Assembly: GCA_964407105.1 (NCBI GenBank)
Contig: CAYOUG010000002.1
Location: forward strand, 76,003-140,002
Reading direction: 5' to 3'
Source: an uncultured Candidatus Saccharibacteria bacterium
GTDB lineage: Bacteria; Patescibacteriota; Minisyncoccia; Phycocordibacterales; CALRHW01
Length of the DNA: 64,000 bases
Position 1 is the first letter of the stretch. Each line of letters opens with the position of its first letter. The notes beneath the pieces are model-generated. The model saw nothing but the letters and a program-made list of their open reading frames with translations, was not told the origin of the DNA and did not search any database. Below, in pieces: positions 1 to 9,303 of this stretch. A program made the position numbers and the translations under genes.

Positions 1-975
1 TTATCTCGTTTGCGTACCGATGAACACAAATCACCGCAAGATGGACGTTTTAGACACAAAAATAATGAAAATAGGTCTTTTGATGTACGTGTGTCTTGTG
101 TTCCAACACAGCACGGTGAAAGTGTAGTGCTGCGTCTTTTGGTAAATACTGCGAGTAATCAAACATTATTGAAACTTGGTTTTTCTAATAAAAATGAAGA
201 ACAAATATGTGGTGAATTAAAAAAACAGTGGGGAATGGTGCTTGTAACCGGACCAACAGGCTCGGGCAAAACCACAACGCTTTATACATTATTAAAAATA
301 CTTAACACTCGAGAAACATCAATTGTAACTATTGAAGATCCTATTGAGTACGCTCTTGATGGTATAAAACAAATTCAAACTCAGCCACGGGTTGGTCTTA
401 CATTTGCTCATGGTTTGCGTTCTGTTTTACGACAAGATCCAGACACAATAATGGTGGGTGAAATTAGAGATACTGAAACCGCACACATTGCGGTTAATAC
501 CGCACTTACCGGACACCTTCTCCTTTCGACACTTCATACAGTAAATGCTTCCACTGCCATTCCACGTTTGATTGATATGGGTGTAGAACCATTTTTGGTG
601 GCATCTACTTTGCGTGTGGTAATAGCGCAAAGACTTGTAAGAAAAATATGTGAAAAATGTAAAAAACCATTTAATTTTTCTGACATCGAAAAAGAGTCTT
701 GCAAAAAAATTTTTGGTTTTTATCCACGTTTGGTTTTTAGAGGTATTGGTTGTGACAATTGTTTGGGAAGTGGATATGTGGGGCGAATAACTGTTGATGA
801 GGTACTTATTGTAGACGAATATATTCGAGAGCTTATCGTGTCGCGAAGTTCTTCTGTATATATTCAAAAAAATGCATTTGATTTGGGTATGGTTTTGATG
901 GCACAAGACGGAATACAAAAAGTGGAAGAGGGAATTACAACAATAGAAGAGGTTTTACGATGCCTTCATGAATAA
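1..975 (+). CDS. pilB: Type IV pilus assembly / T2SS ATPase (PilB/GspE family), 5' partial at window edge
   Basis: Walker A GPTGSGKTT, C-terminal CxxC...CxxC zinc motif, and the frame is open from position 1. Confidence 0.85.
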   Translation, partial: LSRLRTDEHKSPQDGRFRHKNNENRSFDVRVSCVPTQHGESVVLRLLVNTASNQTLLKLGFSNKNEEQICGELKKQWGMVLVTGPTGSGKTTTLYTLLKILNTRETSIVTIEDPIEYALDGIKQIQTQPRVGLTFAHGLRSVLRQDPDTIMVGEIRDTETAHIAVNTALTGHLLLSTLHTVNASTAIPRLIDMGVEPFLVASTLRVVIAQRLVRKICEKCKKPFNFSDIEKESCKKIFGFYPRLVFRGIGCDNCLGSGYVGRITVDEVLIVDEYIRELIVSRSSSVYIQKNAFDLGMVLMAQDGIQKVEEGITTIEEVLRCLHE

Positions 976-2071
976 TTTAGTAACTGACAAATTCAAGAAA
1001 ATATTTGTTTTTTTGCGCACACTTTTTCAAAAACTTTCTATGCGCGAACAAGCTTTTGTTATTTCTAGACTTGCGTTTTTGATTGGAGCAGATATATCGC
1101 TTATAGAAAGTTTGAAAATGCTTAGGGAACAAGCAATACAAAAAAAAGAAAAACGCGCACTTGATTTTTTTATTACAGATGTGTCGCGTGGAATTTTTTT
1201 GTCGTCGAGTATTGAAAAAATTCATCCGCCATGGAATCATTTTTTGATTAGTGTTATTCGTACAGGTGAGATGACGGGAACACTTTATGCGAGTTTACAA
1301 TACGTAGCTCAAGAACTTAAAAAACGTCAAATTCTAGTACAAAAAATTATTGGAGCTCTTCTTTATCCGTTTTGTATTGCTGTGGCCACTGTGGGTGTGA
1401 CAGGTATGATTGTGTTATATATTTTACCTAAAATAACACCTATTTTTTCTAGTCTAGGTGCTGCACTTCCATTTTCAACACGCATGTTACTTTTTGTGTA
1501 TCGATGTGTTTTTGGGTACGGTATATATATTGGATGCTTGGTTTTTCTTTTCATTGTGTTGTTTTTTTATTTGTGGAAAAAAAATATTAAATTTCATAGG
1601 ATTTGTGAGCGCATTTTTTTGCGTGTGCCGATTGTTGGCACAATGATTCAATATTATGAAATTACCCAAACTTTTCACATGTTAAATGTGCTTATAAAAA
1701 ACAGCATGTCTTTAGAAGATTCTCTTTCTTATGTTGCTTTAAGTAGCGTAGCTATTGTTTATTCTGATTTGTATCATGTCTGTGCAAAAAATGTTGCTCA
1801 TGGTATGCGAATGTCGGTTTCGATTCGTGAGTCTAAATTATTTCCACCCATGGTTGCACAAATGCTTTCAGTGGGCGAGTCCTCGGGAAACATCGTTGAA
1901 GTTTCTTTGTATGTTTCTGAATATTATGAACAACAACTTGATGAAATAATTAAAAAACTTTCAAGTATGCTCGAACCAATACTTATGGTTATTCTTGGTG
2001 TCGTTGTGGGTTTTGTGGCGGTTTCTGTTATTAGTCCAATATATGAAATTACACAGAATATCAAAAGATAG
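968..2071 (+). CDS. pilC: Type IV pilus / T2SS platform protein (PilC/GspF family)
   Basis: 367 aa polytopic membrane protein; GspF-like repeats; overlaps pilB by 8 nt. Confidence 0.8.
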   Translation: MNNLVTDKFKKIFVFLRTLFQKLSMREQAFVISRLAFLIGADISLIESLKMLREQAIQKKEKRALDFFITDVSRGIFLSSSIEKIHPPWNHFLISVIRTGEMTGTLYASLQYVAQELKKRQILVQKIIGALLYPFCIAVATVGVTGMIVLYILPKITPIFSSLGAALPFSTRMLLFVYRCVFGYGIYIGCLVFLFIVLFFYLWKKNIKFHRICERIFLRVPIVGTMIQYYEITQTFHMLNVLIKNSMSLEDSLSYVALSSVAIVYSDLYHVCAKNVAHGMRMSVSIRESKLFPPMVAQMLSVGESSGNIVEVSLYVSEYYEQQLDEIIKKLSSMLEPILMVILGVVVGFVAVSVISPIYEITQNIKR

Positions 2072-2489
2072 TTTGTTTTTTAATCAAGGTTTTACTTTAG
2101 TAGAGCTTGTGGTTGTGCTTGGTATTATTACGGTTTTACTTTTTATTACACCAGTTTTTGATATTACTAATTTTGCACACGGAAATGTTTTTGATGAAGC
2201 AGGTTTTTTTTCTAATATTCTTGTGCGTGCCAGAAATATGTCGATGAATACAGACACAGTGTATGGTGTGCGTATAAAAGAAGAGACATATTTACTTATT
2301 TTTTTGAATGATTTTCAAGACGAAATAATAAAAGAAATTTTTCCTCGCGATAAAAATGTAAAAATTTTTGGACCAGAATTTGTTTTGTTTGAAAAAGGGG
2401 GTGGGGTGGGTGAACAAGCAGAAATTATTTTTGTAAATGGTAATGCATCTACCAGCGTTTTTATTAATTATGAAGGTGGTATTGAATAA
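2043..2489 (+). CDS. Prepilin-type N-terminal cleavage/methylation domain protein (pilin/pseudopilin)
   Basis: Short leader then G|FTLVELVVVLGII hydrophobic helix (class III signal); start chosen at in-frame ATG 2043 inside ORF 1995..2489. Confidence 0.6.
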   Translation: MKLHRISKDSLFFNQGFTLVELVVVLGIITVLLFITPVFDITNFAHGNVFDEAGFFSNILVRARNMSMNTDTVYGVRIKEETYLLIFLNDFQDEIIKEIFPRDKNVKIFGPEFVLFEKGGGVGEQAEIIFVNGNASTSVFINYEGGIE

Positions 2490-3906
2490 CAAAAAAGGTT
2501 TTATTTTGTTTGAGGTGGTGATTGCGCTTGCGCTTTCTGTTTTAGCGCTCGCCGTTTCGGCGAGCGCTACTTTTGGGGCGCAAGCGCTTCTTGTTGATAC
2601 TCAAATGTATACGCAGGCCATTTTTCAGGCGCAAGGTTTTTTGCAAAAAGTTGCAATTGATGCTCAAAATAATTTTAATTTTCTTTATTCTTCAACAACC
2701 CAAACCCAAGATAGTTTTCAACAAAATTATGACCAAATACTTGATGTTCTTGATATAACACCGTGTATTAAAAAAGTAGATGTAACAGAGGGGTGGCAAC
2801 AGGCTGGCCGTCTTCAACATGTTAGCTTGCAAACATTTATTACACACCCACTATATGTTTTAGAAACTGGTGAAATGTGTGTTGGTAATGAATTATTGTC
2901 TACAGAATGGGTTTTGTATCAAAAAAATACGTTTAACATAAATACAAATGAACCAACAGATGTTGATGTGGTTGATGACAGTATTTTTTTATCTTACAAC
3001 TCTGCAACATCAACCAATGTTGATATTCGTATTTTTGACAAAGAAAATCCTACAAATTTAATTTCTGAAATAGATATCGGTGAGGGCGTTTTTGCAATAG
3101 ACGTTACCAGAGATTATATTTTTGTAGCTGTAAATAGTACTTCAACTCAGCTTGTAATCATTGATATAAAAAATAGGGATAATCCATTTGTGGTTACTTC
3201 AAAATCTCTTTTTGGAGTTAATCCGCTCGGCTCTTATCCGCAAGCAAGAAGTATTTTCTTTTTTAATGATCGTATTTATATCGGCACAAAAGAAACCGCC
3301 GGACCAGAATTTCATATATTTGATGTGTCCAACCCCACAAATCCTATTGAAATTGGTTTTTTTGAGGTTACGCATAATATCAATGACATAGTTGTTCGTG
3401 ATGATGTTGCATATCTTGCAACATCTGCCGACACAAAAGAGCTTATTGTTTTTGATGTATCCGCACCCCGGGAAATACATGAAATTGGATATTTTAATGC
3501 GGGTTTAAGTACTGTAAATGATCGTGATGCCACAAGTCTTTATTTACTCGGAAACACTATTTATTTGGGTCGAAAAAGAGAAACGCAATTTAATCCAGAA
3601 CTTTATGCCATTGATATTTCGAATTCAACATTACCCACACTGTCTTGGTCTTTTGCAATTGGTTTAATGCAACCACTTTCATATGTGAGCGGTGTTATAA
3701 GGCGGGGGAATTTATTATTTGTTTCTAGTACTGATCCAGAAAACGGTTTTATTGTTTTTGATATTAAAGATACTTCAAATATAAAAAAGATTTCAGAAAA
3801 TAATTTTCAACCCCCAGTGATATCTTTTGATATACAAAAAGATGAAATTTATGCGGTTGATTCTTTTGGTGAAAATATTTTTGTCATTAGTGCAAACTCT
3901 GAATAA
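2470..3906 (+). CDS. Prepilin-like N-terminus fused to LVIVD-repeat beta-propeller domain (candidate pilus-tip adhesin)
   Basis: MKVVLNNKKG|FILFEVVIALAL prepilin motif; C-terminal repeats LVIIDIKNRDNP / HIFDVSNPTNP / LIVFDVSAPREI / FIVFDIKDTSNI resemble LVIVD repeats. Confidence 0.55.
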   Translation: MKVVLNNKKGFILFEVVIALALSVLALAVSASATFGAQALLVDTQMYTQAIFQAQGFLQKVAIDAQNNFNFLYSSTTQTQDSFQQNYDQILDVLDITPCIKKVDVTEGWQQAGRLQHVSLQTFITHPLYVLETGEMCVGNELLSTEWVLYQKNTFNINTNEPTDVDVVDDSIFLSYNSATSTNVDIRIFDKENPTNLISEIDIGEGVFAIDVTRDYIFVAVNSTSTQLVIIDIKNRDNPFVVTSKSLFGVNPLGSYPQARSIFFFNDRIYIGTKETAGPEFHIFDVSNPTNPIEIGFFEVTHNINDIVVRDDVAYLATSADTKELIVFDVSAPREIHEIGYFNAGLSTVNDRDATSLYLLGNTIYLGRKRETQFNPELYAIDISNSTLPTLSWSFAIGLMQPLSYVSGVIRRGNLLFVSSTDPENGFIVFDIKDTSNIKKISENNFQPPVISFDIQKDEIYAVDSFGENIFVISANSE

Positions 3907-3923
3907 TTTAAAGAAATATAAAT

Positions 3924-4394
3924 ATGTCAAAAAATCGTGGTTTTACTTTGTTTGAGGTTTTAGTGTATTTGGCACTTATGTCGATACTTATAAGCGGTGT
4001 TTTTGTTTCTGGATATCAAATGCTTGAGAGTGGTGTTTGGATAAAACAAAAAGCAAATACATATATAAATGAACAGTTTGCGTTTCAAAAAATTGAAAAT
4101 GTGGTACGAGAAGGAAATGTGCTTGAGCCTGTTGTGTTAACAGAAGAAGGATATTCCACAAGCACCGAGCTTGTGGTTGATGTCGGTGAAACAGAGGTGC
4201 GTGTTTATGTTGAGGATGGTCGATTGTGGATTAAGCGTGGAGATGGGGAAGTGCGCGCGCTCACACCGCGCGCGTCGCACAGCACCACATTTTTCTGTGA
4301 GCGCGCGCTAAACACAAACACACCCAAAAATTCTCTCACAATTACTTTAAATTTTGATAACACTAAACTTTTAAATACAATATGGCTTCCATAA
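3924..4394 (+). CDS. Pseudopilin (prepilin-type N-terminal domain protein)
   Basis: MSKNRG|FTLFEVLVYLALMSIL N-terminus. Confidence 0.6.
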   Translation: MSKNRGFTLFEVLVYLALMSILISGVFVSGYQMLESGVWIKQKANTYINEQFAFQKIENVVREGNVLEPVVLTEEGYSTSTELVVDVGETEVRVYVEDGRLWIKRGDGEVRALTPRASHSTTFFCERALNTNTPKNSLTITLNFDNTKLLNTIWLP

Positions 4395-4783
4395 ATACCT
4401 CAAATCATAAATTAAAAAATGGCTACATCGCCATCATTTCTTCCATTATACTTAGTATGTTTTTACTATCTTTGGTGATAAGTCAGTCAATTTATAGTTT
4501 TTCTGCTCGAAATAACACACTAATGCTTGAATATAATGCGATACGCACTGAGCTTGCTTTAGCGTGTGTTCGTGTTGAGCTTGTATACATGACTTATGAC
4601 GAAACATATAATCCCTCCGAGTCAACACACATTGGCACAAACACATGCATAATAGAAAATATAAAATATGAGAACACAAAAGCAATTATTACTTCTTCCG
4701 CTTCATATCAAAAATCAACCACAACCATTGTTGTAACACTAGACCTTCAAACACACACGATCGTTTCTTGGTACCAAATTTAA
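4382..4783 (+). CDS. Hypothetical membrane-anchored protein, possibly PilX-like minor pilin
   Basis: N-terminal hydrophobic segment GYIAIISSIILSMFLLSLVIS; sits in the pilus operon and overlaps the upstream gene by 13 nt. Confidence 0.3.
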   Translation: MASINTSNHKLKNGYIAIISSIILSMFLLSLVISQSIYSFSARNNTLMLEYNAIRTELALACVRVELVYMTYDETYNPSESTHIGTNTCIIENIKYENTKAIITSSASYQKSTTTIVVTLDLQTHTIVSWYQI

Positions 4784-4815
4784 TATAGCCACAAAGTTCT
4801 GATACAATAAAGATC

Positions 4816-6057
4816 ATGCAAAAACAGAAAATTGTGATAGTGGGAGCGGGTTTTGCCGGAATAAATGCATATTTGTCGCTAATAAAACATCTAAAACCAT
4901 CAGAGGCACATATTACACTTATAAATAAAACCAATTATTTTCTATTCACCCCGATGCTTCATGAAGTTGCTACGGGAAGCTTAGGTGAAGATGTGATAGT
5001 AGAATCAGTAAGAAATATTATTTATAAAACAAACACAAGTTTTTTGGTGGCTGAAGTACAAAAAATTGATCTTGAAAAGAAAATTGTTTATACAACAAAT
5101 GGTGAAGAAAACTACGACTATCTTATTTTGGCGCACGGTGCCACCACCAATTTTTACAATATTGCTGGTGCAGAAGAACACTCACTTGTACTTAAAGACT
5201 TAGCAGAAGCTGTTGCTATGCGAAATCATTTTGTTTCTATTTTTGAGCAAGCTTCGGCGATAGAAAGTAAAGAAGCACGCAAAAAAATGCTTTCGTTTGC
5301 GGTGGTGGGTGGTGGCCCTACGGGTGTAGAACTTGTAGCAGAAATGGCCGACCTATTTTTTGAAACATTTAGAAAGTATTACAAAGGTGATATTTGTAAG
5401 GATGATGTTACTCTTTATCTTATCAATAAAGGCGTGGATTTATTACCAATTTTTGATAAATCTTTACGTAAAAAATCTTTACAGGTGCTTCAAAAAAAGG
5501 GTGTAAAAGTTTTTCTCAATAAAAATGTAAAAGAAATTACGACCGATAAAATTATTTTTTCGGATGAAGATTTTATTAATGTGTCTCACATAATATGGAC
5601 CGCGGGTGTAAAGCCAAATGAAATGTTTTTTGAACAACAAGTTGAAAAAGATAAAAACGGAAGAATTATAGTTGATCAATATGGAAGAATGAAAAATAGA
5701 AGTGATATTTTTGTACTTGGTGACAGTGCTTCTTTTGTTGGGGTGGATCAAAAACCACTTGCAATGCTTGCGCAGGTGGCAGTTCAGCAAGGAATTAAAG
5801 CTGGAATAAATATTTCATTAAGTATTCATAAAAAAACACTCTCACCTTTTATTTATCGCTCAAAAGGCACAATGGTATCGCTTGGTCAGTGGCAAGCGGT
5901 GGGGGAAATTTTTGGAATTTTGTTGAAAGGACCACTTGCTTGGTGGGTGTGGCGTACCGTGTATTTATTTAATTTTTCTTCGTGGCCAAAACGTATAAAA
6001 ATCGCTACAGATTGGACCATAAATCTTTTTTCTCCGCGAGATATTACTAAAGCTTAG
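4816..6057 (+). CDS. ndh: Type II NADH:quinone oxidoreductase (NDH-2, FAD-dependent pyridine nucleotide-disulfide oxidoreductase)
   Basis: Two Rossmann GxGxxG motifs (IVIVGAGFAG; FAVVGGGPTGVE) and about 410 aa length. Confidence 0.75.
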   Translation: MQKQKIVIVGAGFAGINAYLSLIKHLKPSEAHITLINKTNYFLFTPMLHEVATGSLGEDVIVESVRNIIYKTNTSFLVAEVQKIDLEKKIVYTTNGEENYDYLILAHGATTNFYNIAGAEEHSLVLKDLAEAVAMRNHFVSIFEQASAIESKEARKKMLSFAVVGGGPTGVELVAEMADLFFETFRKYYKGDICKDDVTLYLINKGVDLLPIFDKSLRKKSLQVLQKKGVKVFLNKNVKEITTDKIIFSDEDFINVSHIIWTAGVKPNEMFFEQQVEKDKNGRIIVDQYGRMKNRSDIFVLGDSASFVGVDQKPLAMLAQVAVQQGIKAGINISLSIHKKTLSPFIYRSKGTMVSLGQWQAVGEIFGILLKGPLAWWVWRTVYLFNFSSWPKRIKIATDWTINLFSPRDITKA

Positions 6058-6097
6058 GTTTTGATATAATCATAAACAATTATAATTTAGAAAAAAT

Positions 6098-6514
6098 ATG
6101 ATGAAAAAATTTTGTAATTCTGATGTGGGAATTTTGTTGTTGAGAATTGTGGTAGGAGTAGTTTTTATAGCTCACGGTTGGAGTAAATTTGCTAATCTTT
6201 CTGCGACCTCAGACTTTTTTGGTAACATACTTGGTTTTCCAATGCCCTCAGTACTTGCGTTTGTTGTGGCGTTTGTAGAGCTTGTGGGTGGTGTTATGGT
6301 GCTTGTGGGGGCATTCACTTGGCTTGCTGGAATGTTGCTCGCACTTATTATGATTGTTGCAATATTTGGTGCAAAAGGCATTAGTCATCTTACCGGACAG
6401 GGAGGATACGAATACGAACTCGTCCTTCTTGGTGCTCTACTTGCTATTGCAAAAATTCCTCCAGGAAAATATTCTGTTATGCATGTGATGAAAAAGGAAA
6501 ATGAGATGGTTTAG
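6098..6514 (+). CDS. DoxX family membrane protein
   Basis: LLLRIVVGVVFIAHGWSKF motif and 4 TM segments. Confidence 0.6.
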   Translation: MMKKFCNSDVGILLLRIVVGVVFIAHGWSKFANLSATSDFFGNILGFPMPSVLAFVVAFVELVGGVMVLVGAFTWLAGMLLALIMIVAIFGAKGISHLTGQGGYEYELVLLGALLAIAKIPPGKYSVMHVMKKENEMV

Positions 6515-6561
6515 GCTCAAACAAAGATTAAAATCACCCAATAAACTCACCATTTAACTCC

Positions 6562-6590
6562 TTGACGTGGCATATTTTATATGCTATAAT
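6562..6590 (+). promoter_or_regulatory. Near-consensus sigma70 promoter (TTGACG-17-TATAAT) driving the GC-rich orphan ORF 6645..7079
   Basis: TTGACG at 6562-6567, 17-nt spacer, TATAAT at 6585-6590; AGGAGA RBS 8 nt before the ATG. Confidence 0.6.
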
Positions 6591-6644
6591 TGACATAGGT
6601 GGTGGGATAAGTATATCTCACAATTTTGGCTCTTTTACAGGAGA

Positions 6645-7079
6645 ATGGTCATGCTTACGGATCAAATAATGATGGTGGTGCTTTTGTCCTTCGTGGTAGG
6701 AGGTGCGGTGTTGGTTTTTGGGTTGTGGATGAAGGTGTCAGTATTGATGGGCGACAAAGGCCGCCCTGTATTTCTCTCGGAGATCTATAAACCGGGAGAT
6801 GGGGTAATTGTCTGCAGAGTGTTCCAGGGTGATTCCGACAATTTCGACACATTCATTCAGTGTCGAAAACCTGATCAAACAGGAAAAATGGGTGCATTCA
6901 GGTTTGTGCGGGCGCACACACTGACTTGTAATGGTGAGCGTATTAGCAAAAACTCACTACCACCCGGAACATACCGGTACATCAAGGAAACCATCACAAC
7001 ACAAAACAGCAACGGCAATCTGCACATTGCAAGGACGACAGAGAGACTCGAGCCGATAATTCTCGATCACTCCGCCTGA
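6645..7079 (+). CDS. Hypothetical protein with N-terminal TM helix; compositionally foreign (about 50% GC)
   Basis: 144 aa ORF using GC-rich codons in an AT-rich genome; has its own promoter, RBS and downstream hairpins; no motif recognised. Confidence 0.4.
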   Translation: MVMLTDQIMMVVLLSFVVGGAVLVFGLWMKVSVLMGDKGRPVFLSEIYKPGDGVIVCRVFQGDSDNFDTFIQCRKPDQTGKMGAFRFVRAHTLTCNGERISKNSLPPGTYRYIKETITTQNSNGNLHIARTTERLEPIILDHSA

Positions 7080-7198
7080 GACCCCCTTGGTCAAAGTTTG
7101 CTCTTAAAACAAGCAAACCAAGACCACCAAACCCCAAAGCTCAAAAGGCAGAGGGGTTTATTCATATAAAAATTACAAAAAATTTATTTTTTTATATC

Positions 7199-7813
7199 TT
7201 ACTGTCTATTTTTCAAAGCGTTTTTTAAGGTTTCGTTATCTGAATATTCAAGCTCAGTACCAGTAGAAAGTCCGCGTCCAAGAAAAGAAATTTTAATATC
7301 GTGTTTTAAAGCAAAAGTTTCAAGAGATTTTTTTATTGAATCGCCAGTATGTTCTCCTTCGGGGTTTGCATTCATTGCAAGAATAATTTCTTTTAATTTT
7401 GTTGCACGTGTTTCTATGAGTTTTAATAATTCGCGCAATCTCACACGTTTTTCTGGTGATGGTTCAAGTATTGGTATGGTACCACCAAGTATAAAATACA
7501 GTCCATTGTATGCACCGGTTTTTTCTATATGTTCAAAATCTACATCACGACTCACTACGGTAAGTAGGGAAGTATCGCGGTTTTTTGCATTACAAATATC
7601 GCAAGAGTGTGAGCCAGATGCGTTTTTTATATAAAAACGAAAACAAGTATCGCAGGTTTGTATTTCCTCATGAATTTTAGTAATAAGCGAAGTGATTTCG
7701 TTTAAATAACTTTTATTACGGGTAAGTAAAAAATACACAAAACGTTTTGCTTGGCGTGGACCTATACCCGGAAATTCTGCAAAAAGCGCGGTAAGTTTTT
7801 GAAGCGTGTTCAT
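7199..7813 (-). CDS. recR: Recombination protein RecR
   Basis: N-terminal HhH (FPGIGPRQAKRFVYFLL), C4 zinc finger (CDTC...CDIC), Toprim domain, about 200 aa. Confidence 0.85.
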   Translation of the reverse strand: MNTLQKLTALFAEFPGIGPRQAKRFVYFLLTRNKSYLNEITSLITKIHEEIQTCDTCFRFYIKNASGSHSCDICNAKNRDTSLLTVVSRDVDFEHIEKTGAYNGLYFILGGTIPILEPSPEKRVRLRELLKLIETRATKLKEIILAMNANPEGEHTGDSIKKSLETFALKHDIKISFLGRGLSTGTELEYSDNETLKNALKNRQ

Positions 7814-7839
7814 AAAGTGTGCGCTATAGATTTAAGATA

Positions 7840-9243
7840 TTAAAAGTTTTTGAATTCTTTTTCGGCTCCACCAAAGCTATTATTTGCTAGACTTTGAAAT
7901 GTTGATTTTTTGTCGTTAAAGAAAAGTTCAACTTTTCCTGTTGGACCATTTCTATGTTTTTCAACGAGGATTTCTGCCACGTTTGTACGTTCGGATTGTT
8001 CTTTGTATTTGTCTTCTCTATGAATAAACATCACAACATCGGCATCTTGTTCTATGGATCCAGAATCACGCAAATCTGAAAGACGAGGTCTACCTCCACG
8101 CTGTTCTACCGCACGAGAAAGCTGAGAGAGTGCGAGAACAGGGACATCAAGCTCGCGTGCCAAATTTTTAAGTGAGCGAGAAATTTCTGTGACCTGCTGT
8201 ACAAGTGAATCAGAAGCACGTGATCCTGTGGGCACCATGAGCTGTAAATAATCTACCACAATCATTCCAAGTCCTTTTTCACGCTTAAGTCGACGTGCAA
8301 CAGAACGCATTTTTAGAATATTGTTGCCTGGTTGGTCGTCTATAAAAATGGGTGCGGTGGCGAGTTTGTCGAGTGATTGGCGAATAGAAGCAAAATCGTC
8401 TTCACTTGTGAGTTTTCCTGTACGTAATTTCCAAGCATCCACACTAGCTTGTGCAGAAAGCATTCTGTCGACGAGCTGTTGAGAGCTCATTTCAAGCGAA
8501 AATATTCCAACTGGAACGTTGTGGTTTATCGCTGCTTGTCTGGCGATATCTAAAGCAAGTGATGTTTTTCCTACTGAAGGTCTGGCGGCTAAAATTATCA
8601 AATCAGATTTTTGAAAACCAGAAAGTAAATTGTCGAGCTCGGGAAAACCACTTGGTACCCCACGCATTTCATCTTTTGAATTATGAAGACGGTCTAGACG
8701 TTCCCACGCTTCTACGAGTGTGTCTTTTAGTTCGATAAATTTGTGTGCGCCAGACACATTTGTGACGTCGTACATTCTTTTTTCTGCTTGATCGAGAATT
8801 TCTTCAAGCTCTTGAGCTTCTTCAAAACCAAGCTGGCAAATAAATTCTGATGCATCGATAAGATTTCGCATCATGCGTTTTTTGTGAACAATATCGGCGT
8901 AATGTTTTATGTTCGCCGATGATGGCACCACATGCACAAGCTCAGTAAGATAGCTGTTGCCACCAGCTTGATCTAGTAAATTTTTTTCTTTAAGACGTGA
9001 AGAAAGTGAAAGTAAATCAATGGGCGTACTTTTTTTAAAAAGTTCGAGCATCGTTTCGTAAATCATGCGGTGTCGTTCAGAATAAAATGCACCAACCTGA
9101 ATAGTATCGATAATTTCGTGTATTGCTTCTGGGCGAAGCATGATAGATCCAAGCAGTGCCATTTCTGCTTCTATGTTTTGTGGAGGAATGCGTAATGCTT
9201 TTTGTGGTGTTCCGTTGTTGCTCATTGATAACAATGTTACCAC
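7840..9243 (-). CDS. dnaB: Replicative DNA helicase DnaB
   Basis: PPQNIEAEMALLGSIM N-terminal signature and RecA-like core with Walker A GKT. Confidence 0.9.
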   Translation of the reverse strand: MVTLLSMSNNGTPQKALRIPPQNIEAEMALLGSIMLRPEAIHEIIDTIQVGAFYSERHRMIYETMLELFKKSTPIDLLSLSSRLKEKNLLDQAGGNSYLTELVHVVPSSANIKHYADIVHKKRMMRNLIDASEFICQLGFEEAQELEEILDQAEKRMYDVTNVSGAHKFIELKDTLVEAWERLDRLHNSKDEMRGVPSGFPELDNLLSGFQKSDLIILAARPSVGKTSLALDIARQAAINHNVPVGIFSLEMSSQQLVDRMLSAQASVDAWKLRTGKLTSEDDFASIRQSLDKLATAPIFIDDQPGNNILKMRSVARRLKREKGLGMIVVDYLQLMVPTGSRASDSLVQQVTEISRSLKNLARELDVPVLALSQLSRAVEQRGGRPRLSDLRDSGSIEQDADVVMFIHREDKYKEQSERTNVAEILVEKHRNGPTGKVELFFNDKKSTFQSLANNSFGGAEKEFKNF

Positions 9244-9303
9244 GCTATTGATGCGAGTTTAAAGTTGCAAACGGTACTAAGCTGTGTTTAAGCTGTGAAT
9301 AGC

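Noticed and set aside
427-918. 163-aa minus-strand ORF inside pilB, plus many similar antisense ORFs (e.g. 39778-40476, 41961-42389, 47747-48208, 47980-48333, 50837-51331, 51264-51827, 54514-54993)
   Set aside because: Each is fully embedded antisense to a high-confidence conserved gene. They have low-complexity or Cys/Ser-rich translations and no start or RBS context. These are typical shadow ORFs.
6600-7150. GC-rich segment considered as a possible structured RNA gene (tmRNA, RNase P or 6S)
   Set aside because: No tmRNA hallmarks: no GGGG...CCA ends and no tag-peptide ORF ending in AA. A clean 144-codon ORF with promoter and RBS explains the segment better.
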